Assembly (NCBI GenBank): GCA_963708025.1
Contig: CAVPSB010000023.1
Coordinates: forward strand, 64,001-128,000
Direction: 5' to 3'
From: an uncultured Candidatus Rokubacteria bacterium
Lineage (GTDB): Bacteria > Methylomirabilota > Methylomirabilia > Rokubacteriales > DASRDR01
DNA: 64,000 nt
Shown: in pieces, positions 39,974-49,384 of the stretch
Numbering within the stretch: the first letter of the stretch is position 1
Layout: each line of letters opens with the position of its first letter
Position numbers and translations under genes: made by a program
Notes under the pieces: generated by a model
The model's database searches: none
What the model was told of the DNA's origin: nothing
The model's input: only the letters and a program-made list of their open reading frames with translations

Positions 39974-39997
39974 CCTCCGGGGGGGCTGGCCGGCGGC

Positions 39998-40114
39998 TTA
40001 CTGCCGGCGCATCCTCCGGTCACAGCCGAAGGCGTCCCGGAGATCCCCGAGCACCAGCATCACGACCAGTCCGAGACCGAGGGCGAGCCCCACCTCGACG
40101 AGAACGTGGGCCAT
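39998..40114 (-). CDS. Possible 38-aa membrane peptide
   Basis: MAHVLVEVGLALGLGLVVMLVLG hydrophobic run 4 nt after the pal stop. Confidence 0.35.
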   Translation of the reverse strand: MAHVLVEVGLALGLGLVVMLVLGDLRDAFGCDRRMRRQ

Positions 40115-40118
40115 TGTG

Positions 40119-40790
40119 TCACTGGCGCACGAGGAAGTGGGCCCGCCGGTTCTGGCCCCAGCAGCTCTCCAACCGCTCGGCGCAGACCGGCCGCTCCTCC
40201 CCGTAGGTGAGCAGCGTGACCCGGGACCGATCGATCCCCAGCCCGGCCAGGTACTCCCGGGTGGCGGAGGCACGGCGCTCGCCGAGCGCCATGTTGTACT
40301 CGTTGGTGCCCCGCTCGTCCGTGTGCCCCTCGATCAGGATGAGCGCGCGCGGGTTGACCTTCAGCCAGCGCGCGTTTTGCTCCAGGGCCGTCCCATCCTG
40401 CGCACGGATCGTGTAGCGGTCGAAGTCGAAGTGGACGTCCCGGAGGGCCGCGATCTCGGCGAAGGCGCTCGGGGACGGGAGCGCCGGAATCGTGGTCCCG
40501 GTCGCCCCTATCCCGCCGGCCGCTCCCATCCCCCCGGCCGCCCCTGACGCGCCGAGCGCGCCCGACGCGCCGTCGCGGCCCCCGCCGGCCAGTCCGGCCC
40601 CGCCGGTCCCGGCACTCGAGCCCGGACCGGAACCGGGCATCCCTGAGCCAGTGACCCCACCGGAGCCAGCCGCGCCCACGGCGGTGGTCCCGCCCGGGGC
40701 CCCGGCCTTCCTGGTGCACCCGCTCAGGAGCACGGAGGTGAGAGTGAGTGCCGCCAGCGCGAGCAGGATCGGCCAGGCTCGTCGTCGCAT
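40119..40790 (-). CDS. pal: Peptidoglycan-associated lipoprotein with long Gly/Ala linker
   Basis: Lipobox LSGC; VHFDFDR, IEGHTDERGTNEYNMALGERRA, QNRRA; GGAGG SD. Confidence 0.88.
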   Translation of the reverse strand: MRRRAWPILLALAALTLTSVLLSGCTRKAGAPGGTTAVGAAGSGGVTGSGMPGSGPGSSAGTGGAGLAGGGRDGASGALGASGAAGGMGAAGGIGATGTTIPALPSPSAFAEIAALRDVHFDFDRYTIRAQDGTALEQNARWLKVNPRALILIEGHTDERGTNEYNMALGERRASATREYLAGLGIDRSRVTLLTYGEERPVCAERLESCWGQNRRAHFLVRQ

Positions 40791-40835
40791 TGGGTCCTCC
40801 CTGTATCAAGGATGGTCCGGCGAGACAGACCGCAG

Positions 40836-40851
40836 TGCAACAGGGCTGCCA
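40836..40851 (-). promoter_or_regulatory. Candidate sigma54 promoter for pal
   Basis: TGGCAGCCCTGTTGCA on the minus strand, exact GG-N10-GC spacing, about 45 nt upstream of ATG. Confidence 0.55.
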
Positions 40852-41114
40852 TTGGCGAGCCCGTGACCCATCGTGGTGATACCATGGCGATTCCGGCCAG
40901 ATGGTGCGCTGGGCGGTGTGGCTCCGTGCGCCAGTGGTGCCAGGCTGGCACGCCCCGATGCCGAAAAAGGGCGGAAGCGCCCCCGCCACCGTTCCCGGTC
41001 CGCCGCACCCTTGACACCGGCCGCACCGCCCGCGCACCATCGGGGCGGAGTGGGTCAGGATTCCCTGCTGTGTCCGAACCCCAGCGAGCTCGTGGACCTG
41101 GATCGACCCCGTCC

Positions 41115-41680
41115 GTGCGAACGACCCTGCTGTCGCTGATCGGCCTCGTCGCCGCGGTGCTGGCGGCCGCGAACCCGCCCGGGCCGAACCCGCCGGCGCG
41201 CAAGACCGTGGTGACGATCCGCGGTGACGGGTTCCTCGTCAACGGCGAGCCGACGTACAAGGGCCGCACCTGGAACGGCAAGAGGGTCGAAGGCCTGCTG
41301 ATGAACAGCCGGATGGTGCAGGCCACGTTCGACGACCTGAACCCGGACACCCGCGACCGGTGGGCGTACCCGGACACCCGGAAGTGGGACGCTGACCGCA
41401 ACACGCGCGAGTTCGTCGCGGCCATGCCCGAGTGGCGCAAGCACGGCCTGCTGGCCATCACGCTCAACACGAGGACGACCACTTCGATTTCGACCAACCG
41501 GCGAACAACCTCGTCGCCGCGGTGGGAGAGTACGCCTCGTGGGGGTACTTCGACTACCGGATGAGGGGCGAGGGGTTCGACGACGGGTACCAGAGCGTGC
41601 CGGTGAGCTGGGGCCTCGGCAGTCCCCGCAAGAAGGCGTTCTTCAAGCTGCTCGCGGAGATCACCGGGGAGACGCCCTGA
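41115..41680 (+). pseudogene. Secreted glycoside-hydrolase-like protein with a probable central deletion and frameshift near 41468
   Basis: Signal peptide, FLVNGEPTY..GLLMNSRMVQ..HGLLAITLN, then EDDHFDF..SWGYFD..YQSVPV.W in another frame. Confidence 0.6.
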
Positions 41681-44186
41681 GCGGAGAACCCCGGTCGCCC
41701 GGCCGGGGTCGGGGCTTGTCGGCATCGCCGCGGATCGCGCGGATGGCCTCGGCGGCGGTGCGGCGGATGCGGCCCTCGACGTCGAGCGCCTCGACCAGCC
41801 GGCCGAGCCGGGGAAGAGCCCGGTCGTCGCCGAGGTGGCCCAGGGCGACGATGGCCGCGATCCGGACGCGGAGGTACGGGTCGGCCGTCAGCGCCAGCAG
41901 GGTCCGGAGGGTCGCCGCGTCGCCGCGCCCGATGCGGCCGAGGGTCCGGATCGCGGCCATGCGCGAGGGGTGGGGGAAGCCGTAACGGGTGCGCGCGCGA
42001 AGCCCGGGCAGGACGCCCGGCGCCCCCAGCTCCCCGAGCCCCTCGACCGCGCCGACCCGCACCGCGTCGTTCCAGGAGTCGCGCTCGCGGAGTGCGAGGG
42101 CGAGAACGGGCCCGGCCGATGCGTCACGAGTCCGGCCCAGGGCCCGCAGGGCTTCGGCGGCGACGAAGAACGATGCGTCCTCCCGCGCGAGCCGGGTGAA
42201 GAGCGGGAGGAGCGCCGCGCTCCGGAATTCCCCCAGCGCGCGGACGGCGGTCCGGCGCACCCGGGGATCGGCGGCGCGGACCGCCCGGAGCAGGGCGGCC
42301 AGCGCGGCGGGGCTGCGTGTCTGGCCGAGGGCCGCCGCGATCTCGCCGCGCACGACCCAGTGGGGCTCGCGGCGGAGCGCCGCGATCAGGTGGGCCGTCG
42401 CCTCCGCCGAGGCGGCGCGGCCGAGGGCCTGGGCCGCCGCGATCCGGCCGACCGGGTGCGGATCCCCGGCGAGCTGGGCGCGCCAGCATGCCGGCGGCAG
42501 CGTCACGTCGAACCGCCCGAGGAGCCAGTGATCGGGATCGACGCGGACCAGCTCGGGCTCGCGCGGCAGCCGGTACGTGAAGTGGTGCGCCTTCTCGTCC
42601 ACCGTCTCGCGGACGCGCCGCCGGTCCGCCGCCCGGCGCCCCCAGGCGAACTCGACCTCGAGCGGCATGGCGAAGAGGGCGACGTCGTCGCCCGTCTTCT
42701 GCGTTTGCCGCATGACGACGTGGGCGCGCCGTCCCCGCGCCTCCCACCAGTAGGCGATCCGGTACTCCGGGTGTCCGGCCTTGAACACCCACTGGTCGAA
42801 GAAGCGCCGCAGGTTGCGCCCGGTTGCCTCCTCGATGGCGACCACCAGGTCGGCCGTCTCCACCGAGCCCCCCCGGTGCCTCCGGACGTAGTGGCGGATG
42901 GCCCGCCAGAAATCCCGGTCGCCGAGGACGTAGCGCATCATGTGGAGGACGCAGGCGCCCTTCTCGTAGAGGTGGCGGTCGAAGAGGTCGGACGGGGTCC
43001 GCCAGAGGTTGGTGACGAGGGGCCGCCGGTAGCGCTCGCGGTCCTCCTCCAGGTAGCCGCGGGCGTTCTGCCACATCTCCAGGGCGAAGTCGTCGCGGCC
43101 CCGGTCGTGCTCGACGAAGAGCGCGTCGAAGTACGTCGCGAACGACTCGTTGAGCCAGGCCTGGCTCCAGTCCCGGCAGGTCAGGAGGTCTCCGAACCAC
43201 TGGTGAGCCAGCTCGTGGGCCATGAGCCCGGTGGCCATCGGCTCGACCTCGAGGTGCGCCCGCTCGTCGTGGAGGACCGTGTCGGTCTGGGTGGTGGCGG
43301 TGGTGTTCTCCATGCCGCCGTAGATGAACTCGGCGGCGGCGACCTGCGCGTACTTCTCGTACGGGTAGCGGAGGCCGGTCACCCGGGAGAAGAAGGCCAT
43401 GGCCTGCGGCGTCTTGCCGAAGGCGCGGCGGAGGTCGGCCTCGCGGCCCCGCTCGCCGTAGTAGGTGATGGGGATGCCCCGCCACGTCTCCCGGAGCTCG
43501 CGGAAGCGGCCGACGGCGAGCGTGACGAGGTAGGGCGAGTGCGGGGTGGCCAGCCGCCAGTGCCAGGTGACGCCGCCGCGCCCCGCACGCCGCCGGGCGA
43601 TCAGGCGGCCGTTCGACACCGCCACGAAGCCGTCCGGCACCGTCGCCAGCATCTCGGTCGTCGCCTTCTCACCGGGCGCGTCGTGGCACGGGAACCAGTA
43701 GCGGGCGTACTCGTCCTGGCACTGGCTCCAGACCTGGACGGGGCGTCGCGGGTAGGCGCGGTCGGGCCGGAGGAAGTAGAGGCCGAGCTTCGGGCGCGTC
43801 ACCCGGTAGTCCACGCGGACGGTGACCACCTCGCCGGCGTCGAGCGGCTGCGGCAGCGTGACGGTCAGGCGCCGGCCGTCGTACCGGTAGGGCAGGCGCC
43901 GGCCGGTGGGGCCGGCGACGCGCAGGCCGCGGAAGCCGACGGCGTCGAAGGCGATCTCGCGGGCACCGTCCCGCAGCGCGGCCAGCGTCGTCGTGCACCG
44001 CGCCGTGGCCGCCCGAGCCCGGAGGTCGAGGGCGATGTCGAGCCGGATGTGGGTCGTGTCGAACGCCCGGTCGGGGGCGTAGCGAGGCTCGGTGCCGGGC
44101 AGCGCGTACCGCGGGTCGGCTCCGTGGCTCCCCGCCCGGCTCAGCTCGAAGTCGCCCAGATCCAGCCGCCGGCAGTAGTCCATCAT
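41661..44186 (-). CDS. M1 family aminopeptidase with C-terminal HEAT repeats
   Basis: GGMEN, HELAHQWFG..WLNE, YEKG. Confidence 0.93.
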   Translation of the reverse strand: MMDYCRRLDLGDFELSRAGSHGADPRYALPGTEPRYAPDRAFDTTHIRLDIALDLRARAATARCTTTLAALRDGAREIAFDAVGFRGLRVAGPTGRRLPYRYDGRRLTVTLPQPLDAGEVVTVRVDYRVTRPKLGLYFLRPDRAYPRRPVQVWSQCQDEYARYWFPCHDAPGEKATTEMLATVPDGFVAVSNGRLIARRRAGRGGVTWHWRLATPHSPYLVTLAVGRFRELRETWRGIPITYYGERGREADLRRAFGKTPQAMAFFSRVTGLRYPYEKYAQVAAAEFIYGGMENTTATTQTDTVLHDERAHLEVEPMATGLMAHELAHQWFGDLLTCRDWSQAWLNESFATYFDALFVEHDRGRDDFALEMWQNARGYLEEDRERYRRPLVTNLWRTPSDLFDRHLYEKGACVLHMMRYVLGDRDFWRAIRHYVRRHRGGSVETADLVVAIEEATGRNLRRFFDQWVFKAGHPEYRIAYWWEARGRRAHVVMRQTQKTGDDVALFAMPLEVEFAWGRRAADRRRVRETVDEKAHHFTYRLPREPELVRVDPDHWLLGRFDVTLPPACWRAQLAGDPHPVGRIAAAQALGRAASAEATAHLIAALRREPHWVVRGEIAAALGQTRSPAALAALLRAVRAADPRVRRTAVRALGEFRSAALLPLFTRLAREDASFFVAAEALRALGRTRDASAGPVLALALRERDSWNDAVRVGAVEGLGELGAPGVLPGLRARTRYGFPHPSRMAAIRTLGRIGRGDAATLRTLLALTADPYLRVRIAAIVALGHLGDDRALPRLGRLVEALDVEGRIRRTAAEAIRAIRGDADKPRPRPGDRGSPLRASPR

Positions 44187-44630
44187 CCGTTCCCCCGGCG
44201 GGTACCTGCCGCCCCGGCCCGGTCTTCCAGGCACGAGCCAGCGACCCGGCCAGCACGATGAGCGCCGTGCCCCAGCTCACGGCCAGGAGTCCGGGCCAGC
44301 CGGCGGGGTGATAGGCAAACCGGACCGCGTTCACCCCGGCCTGGACCGGCACCGCCCGGAAGATGAAGTTCGCCCCAGCCCGGCCGTATCGCGTTCACGG
44401 ACGCCCGCCTCCCGGGAGCCTCTCGCCGTCACCAGGAGCGAGCCCGCGTCGGCGGACGACACTTCGAACTCGAGTCGGTCGGGCTCGTAGACGAGCAGGC
44501 GAGCCGTCAATCGCTTCGCCGGGCCGAGCCCGGAGATCGCTCGGCGTGGGCATCCTCGCGGGCTGCCGTACCTGGATTGTGGATGCGGGCCACTCGGTGA
44601 GATCGAGGACCAGGACGGGCGCCGATCCCC
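44183..44630 (-). pseudogene. YfhO-like membrane protein C-terminal fragment
   Basis: YEPDRLEFEV..GSLLV, ANFIFRAVPVQAG..VRFAY and a TM helix spread across shifting frames. Confidence 0.5.
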
Positions 44631-44859
44631 TCGTCTAGCGGCCGAGCCGCGTACCCCGCTGTCAAGGCGCCGCCGGCGCGGCATCATCGCGAGGTGACGC
44701 TCTCCCCGGTGGTCGATCCCTGGCGGCCGTCACCGGGGACCTGCTGGCGCCGGGCCCGTGTCGGCGATCTTCCACGACTACCGGGCGAGCCACCATCTGC
44801 CGTCCACGCTCCCTCGTGCGACACGCCCGGGCTCGGCGGTCGCCGATGCCGCCGGGCTG

Positions 44860-45777
44860 GGGACGATCGAGATCAAGGCCATGACCGACGAGGGCTACCC
44901 CGAGCGGCGGTGACGGCCGCCTCGGCCACGATCGGCCCCATCATCCCACCCAGCGTGCCCCTCCTCTTCTACGGGGTGATGGCCGACGTCTCCATCGGCC
45001 GCCTCTTCCTCGGCGGCTTCGTCCCGGGCCTGCTGATGGCGGCGGCGCTCATGGCCATGATCGTCGGGATACCGCCGCCGCGGCTATCCGCGGCACCCGG
45101 CGCCGACCTTCCGGGTCTTCGCGACGAAGACCCGCCGCGCCTTCCTCTCGCTCATGACCCCGGTGATCCTCTTCGGTGGGATGCTGAGCGGGGTCTTCAC
45201 GCCCACCGAGGCCGCCTTCGTGGCGGCGGTGTATGCGCTGGTGCTGGGCCTCTGGATCCATCGCGAGCTCCACTGGCGGGACCTGCCGCGGCTGTTCCTC
45301 GAGACGGTGGAGACCAACGCGGTCGTGCTCATGCTGGTGATGACGTCCTCGCTGTTCGGCTGGATCCTGGCCCGGGCCCAGGTCCCCCAGCAGCTCGGCG
45401 CCTGGATGCTCGGGGTCTCGCAGAGCCCGCTCGTGATCCTGCTGCTGATCAACGTCTTCCTGCTGATCGTCGGCTGCTTCATGGAGGCCTTGGCGGCGCT
45501 GGTCATCCTGGTGCCGGTCTTCCTGCCGGTGATCCAGCAGCTCGGGATCGACCCGGTGCACTTCGGGCTGGTCATGGTCCTCAACCTGATGATCGGCACC
45601 CTGACCCCGCCGATCGGCATCGTCCTGTTCGTGGTGGCGCGCGTCGCCGACCTCCCCTTCGAGACGGTGACCCGGGCGACGGCGCCGTTCCTGGTGCCGC
45701 TCGTCGTCGTGCTGGGTCTGATCACCGTCTTTCCGTCGATGGTGCTGTTCGTCCCGCGGCTGGTCCTCGGCCCCTGA
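44860..45777 (+). pseudogene. TRAP transporter large permease (DctM), N-terminally truncated and frameshifted
   Basis: IKAMTDEGY / ASATIGPIIPPS / FTPTEAA, GIDPVHFG, TPPIG in different frames; no DctP or DctQ nearby. Confidence 0.8.
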
Positions 45778-45783
45778 GATTAT

Positions 45784-45870
45784 CGGGACCTCCCTCCACC
45801 CCCCCGGCCCCCCTCCCCCACCCACCGGGGGGAGGGGGGAGCCGGAGGCCCGATTCCTTTACAGGCTCTG
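45784..45870 (-). repeat. G/C-tract REP-like repeat, copy 5
   Basis: Reverse copy including the AAAGGAATCGGG flank shared with copy 1. Confidence 0.85.
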
Positions 45871-45965
45871 AAGCCGACGGGCGGAGGATTGACGCTGCCG
45901 GCATTGGCTGGCGGGCCCTGATCGCCGCGCGTGGCCGGGCGAACTGCGCTAGGATCGGGGGCGGG

Positions 45966-47501
45966 ATGGCCGAGCCGTTCAGCTACGACGTCATCGTCCT
46001 GGGGGGGGCCTTCAGCGGGGCCGCCACCGCCCTCCTCCTCCGCCGCGAGTGTCCCCAGCTTCGCCTGCTGATCGTGGAGAAGGCGCCGCGGTTCGACGAG
46101 AAGGTCGGCGAGGCCACCACCGAGATGTCCGGCCTCTTCCTGACCCGGCGGCTCGCCCTCTGGGAGCACCTCGAGCGGGAACAGCTGCCCAAGGAGGGCC
46201 TGCGCTACTGGTTCCACAACGAGCGGGTCCACGGGCACGCCGAGGCGAGCGAGACGGGCGCCTACCACCGGAGCGCGGTCCCCTCCTTCCAGCTCCGCCG
46301 CGACGCGCTGGACGAGCACCTGCTGGCGACCGCGGTGGCCGAGGGCGCGGCCCTCCTCCGCCCCGCGAAGGCACGTGACGTGACGCTGGGAGCGTTCGCC
46401 CACCAGGTGACGGTCGAGCGCGAGAGCGGGGAGACGGTGACCGCCCACTGCCGCTGGCTGCTGGACGCCACCGGCCGCGCCACGGTCCTCGGGCGGAAGC
46501 TCGGGCTGATCGACCGGAACGAGGCGCATCCGACCGCGGCGATCTGGGCGCGCTGGACCGACGTCCGCCACGTCGACGACCTGGTGTCCCGCGAGATCCC
46601 GGCGCTCGGCCGTCACGCTGTCGCCTCCCGGCGGCTGGCCACGAACCACTACGTGGGCTTCGGGTACTGGGTGTGGGTGATCCCCCTCGGCAACGGCGAG
46701 ACGAGCATCGGGGTCGTCTTCGACAAGCGCCTGCTCCGCCTCCACGAGAGCCGGAGCCGGGAAGAGGATTTCCGGGGCTTCCTCGGGTCGATCCCGGCGC
46801 TGGCCGAGCTGCTCAAGGGCGCCACGCTGCGCCGCGAGGACCTCCGCTTCTACGCGCACCTGCCCTACGTGACCCGCCAGTACATGGGGGAGGGCTGGGC
46901 CCTCCTCGGTGACGCCGCCGCCTTCCTCGATCCCTATTACTCGCCGGGGCTCGACCACGCCGCCTTCACGGCCGAGGCGACCACCGCGATCGTCAAGGCC
47001 GACGCGGCCGGGGAGGACGTCGGTTCGCGAATCCGCGAGCACAACGCGACGTTCCTGCGCTCGTACCACCGCTTCTTCCGTGCGGTGTACCGGGACAAGT
47101 ACTTCTACCTGGGCGAGCAGGACCTCTGCTCGGCGGCGTTCCTCCTCGACACCGTGCAGTACTATCTGTTCGTCGTCATCCCCGCCTACCGGAAGCCCGG
47201 CCGCTTTCCCTGGATGCCGGTCCTGGGTCCGAAGCCCGCGCTCCTGAGCTATCGCCTGATGGACGCCTACAACCGGCGGTTCAAGGCCCTCGCGCTGCTG
47301 CGGCGCGCCCGGGGCGAGGCCGGCCACCGGAACGACGGCCGCCACCTGAAGGCCTACTTCAACCTGCGGGGGGCGCCCTTCCGGATGCTCGGGCGCGGCC
47401 TGCGGCTGTGGCTCGCCGCGGAAGTGGATGGGCTGCGGCTCCGCGTCCGCGCGCGGTCCGGCGGGCCGCGTCCCACGGACGGCGAGGCGGTGGCTCCGTG
47501 A
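45966..47501 (+). CDS. Flavin-dependent halogenase-like oxidoreductase
   Basis: DVIVLGGAFSG, KVGEAT, LDATGR, YWVWVIP (WxWxIP), GDAAAFLDPYYSPG. Confidence 0.8.
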   Translation: MAEPFSYDVIVLGGAFSGAATALLLRRECPQLRLLIVEKAPRFDEKVGEATTEMSGLFLTRRLALWEHLEREQLPKEGLRYWFHNERVHGHAEASETGAYHRSAVPSFQLRRDALDEHLLATAVAEGAALLRPAKARDVTLGAFAHQVTVERESGETVTAHCRWLLDATGRATVLGRKLGLIDRNEAHPTAAIWARWTDVRHVDDLVSREIPALGRHAVASRRLATNHYVGFGYWVWVIPLGNGETSIGVVFDKRLLRLHESRSREEDFRGFLGSIPALAELLKGATLRREDLRFYAHLPYVTRQYMGEGWALLGDAAAFLDPYYSPGLDHAAFTAEATTAIVKADAAGEDVGSRIREHNATFLRSYHRFFRAVYRDKYFYLGEQDLCSAAFLLDTVQYYLFVVIPAYRKPGRFPWMPVLGPKPALLSYRLMDAYNRRFKALALLRRARGEAGHRNDGRHLKAYFNLRGAPFRMLGRGLRLWLAAEVDGLRLRVRARSGGPRPTDGEAVAP

Positions 47502-48379
47502 GGGTGATCGCCCGGGGCGTGGGGATCGCGCTCCTGCTGGCGGGCTGCGCCGCCTCCGGACCCGTCGATCCCGGCGGCAGGCCCGAGCCGTCACCGGTCC
47601 AGCTTCGCCAGACCGTCGAGGACCTGGGCCGCGAGGTCCGCGACCTGCGCGCCCAGGTCGAGGCGACACGCCGGGTGGCGGTGGGATACCAGGATCTGGC
47701 CGGCCTGCGAGCCGAGCTGGAAGCGGTGCAGGCGGCGCTCCAGGCGCTCATCCGGGACCTGGAGCAGCGGCAGCTCGAGGCGTTCCAGGCGGTGGATCGC
47801 CGGCTGGCCACGATCGGAGGCCGGATCGGTGAGCTGGCGGCGGCCGCCCGCCGTGCCGATGCCGGAGCGGGGGAGCGGAGCCAGCCGAGCGGCCCGGCCG
47901 AGGGCCCGCCGGCGCCGCCGCCGTCCCCGGGTCCGGCGCGGGCCGAGGCGACGGCCCCGGCTCAGGCGACGGCGACCCCGGTCACGGCGCCGGCCGAGCC
48001 GGCCAGGGAGCCGGGCAAAGAGCCGGCCGAGGGGCCGGGGATACCGCGCGGGCGGACCATCCAGCGGGTCAGCCCCGCCGAGGCGTCCGGCGAGACCCGC
48101 GTCAGCGTCGAGGCCGACGGCCCGCTGAGTCCCCGAGCCTCCACGCTGGCCGATCCGCCGCGCGTCATCCTCGACTTCGAGAACGTCGCGTTCGGCTTCG
48201 GCCGGACTCCTGTCGAGGTGGATGGGCCCATCCTCGAGCGGATCCGCTTCATCCAGCTCCGGGCGGTCCCGACCCCGGTGATCCGGCTGGTCCTGACGCT
48301 CAAGCGGTCGGTGCCGTACTGGATCGAGCCACAGGCCCGTGGCCTGATCGTCCACCTCGGAAGCGCCCCGCCCCGGTAG
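47498..48379 (+). CDS. Lipoprotein with coiled coil and C-terminal AMIN domain
   Basis: Lipobox LAGC; LADPPRVILDF..IRLVLTL. Confidence 0.8.
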   Translation: MRVIARGVGIALLLAGCAASGPVDPGGRPEPSPVQLRQTVEDLGREVRDLRAQVEATRRVAVGYQDLAGLRAELEAVQAALQALIRDLEQRQLEAFQAVDRRLATIGGRIGELAAAARRADAGAGERSQPSGPAEGPPAPPPSPGPARAEATAPAQATATPVTAPAEPAREPGKEPAEGPGIPRGRTIQRVSPAEASGETRVSVEADGPLSPRASTLADPPRVILDFENVAFGFGRTPVEVDGPILERIRFIQLRAVPTPVIRLVLTLKRSVPYWIEPQARGLIVHLGSAPPR

Positions 48380-48423
48380 CATCCCTCGGGGATCGCTCAC
48401 CCCTCTCATCCCACATCTTGCGG

Positions 48424-48454
48424 TTGCCCGTACTACCCAACGCGTGTTTAGTAT
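48424..48454 (+). promoter_or_regulatory. Candidate promoter/operator of the imu cassette
   Basis: AT-richer patch with inverted repeat TACTA-N13-TAGTA overlapping a TAGTAT -10-like hexamer. Confidence 0.35.
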
Positions 48455-48510
48455 GAGCACGCGGTCGCGCTGCCCCGTGGGCCGGGCGCCGGCCGCCCGA
48501 TCTCGAAGCC

Positions 48511-49209
48511 ATGAGCGTCTCACGCGTCGATCCGGCCGAGCTGGGCGCCCTCCCCGCCGTGGCGCCGTTCGTGGTCCGGCCCGGCTGCGTCCCCGGGCGA
48601 CTCCCGGCGGCCGCGACCGGGCTGTCGTCGCTCGATGCGCTCCTCGGCGGCGGCTTCCCCCGCGGACGGATCTCGGAGGTCGTGGGCCCCCGGGGCTCCG
48701 GGCGGACCAGCGTGCTCCTCGGGAGCCTGGCGCGCGCGACCGGGAGCGGCGCGCTCGCCGCCCTCGTGGACGTGACGGACCGGCTGGATCCCGCCTCGGC
48801 CCGGGCGGCTGGCCTGACGCTCGGGCAGCTCCTGTGGGTCCGGTGCGGCGGGGATCTCCGGACGGCGCTCCAGGCGGCCGATGTGATCGTGCGCGGCGGC
48901 GGCTTCGACCTGGTGGCCGTGGACCTCGGCGAGCTCCCCCCGTGGCGGCTCCAGCGCGTCCCGGCGGCCGTCTTCGTCCGGCTCCAGCGGGCGGTCGAGG
49001 GGACGCCGACGACGCTCGTTCTCGCCGGGACTCGACGGGTGGCGGGGAGCATGGCCACCGCGGCGGTCACCCTGTCCCGGACGCGACCCCGGTGGCAGCG
49101 TGGCGGCCCCGGCCTCCTGGCCGGGCTGGCGACGGAGGCGCGGCTCGTCCGCTCCCGCGAGCGCGCTCCGGGCGCCTCGGCGGCACTGGTGTGGACCGCG
49201 GGTGAATGA
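48511..49209 (+). CDS. imuA: ImuA-like RecA-fold protein
   Basis: TGLSSLDALLGGGFPRGRISEVVGPRGSGRTS; position upstream of imuB and dnaE2. Confidence 0.8.
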   Translation: MSVSRVDPAELGALPAVAPFVVRPGCVPGRLPAAATGLSSLDALLGGGFPRGRISEVVGPRGSGRTSVLLGSLARATGSGALAALVDVTDRLDPASARAAGLTLGQLLWVRCGGDLRTALQAADVIVRGGGFDLVAVDLGELPPWRLQRVPAAVFVRLQRAVEGTPTTLVLAGTRRVAGSMATAAVTLSRTRPRWQRGGPGLLAGLATEARLVRSRERAPGASAALVWTAGE

Positions 49210-49383
49210 ATGGGCGCCTCCGGCTCCCCCCTCCCCCCAGCCAAAGGCTCAAGGCCATCGAAGGATCGGGTAGGCGGGAGGTTCTACGATCCCCGGCTCC
49301 GCACATGAATGGGCGCGCCTCCGGCTCCCCCCTCCCCCCAGTGGGTGGGGGAGGGGGGCTGGGGGGGTAGGAGGGAGGTTCTA
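49206..49383 (+). repeat. Two tandem G/C-tract REP-like copies (6 and 7); copy 6 interrupted by a CCAAAGGC..AAGGCC hairpin
   Basis: ATGAATGGGCGC(GC)CTCCGGCTCCCCCCTCCCCCCAG at 49206 and 49305, both ending GGGAGGTTCTA. Confidence 0.85.
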
Positions 49384-49384
49384 A

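Noticed and set aside
44694-47501. 935-aa ORF suggesting a DctM-halogenase fusion
   Set aside because: Artefact of a stop-free GC-rich frame running through the frameshifted DctM remnant and a repeat; the halogenase has its own ATG at 45966
48511-49209. recA or radA call
   Set aside because: Too short, Walker A Lys replaced by Arg (GSGRTS), and the context indicates ImuA
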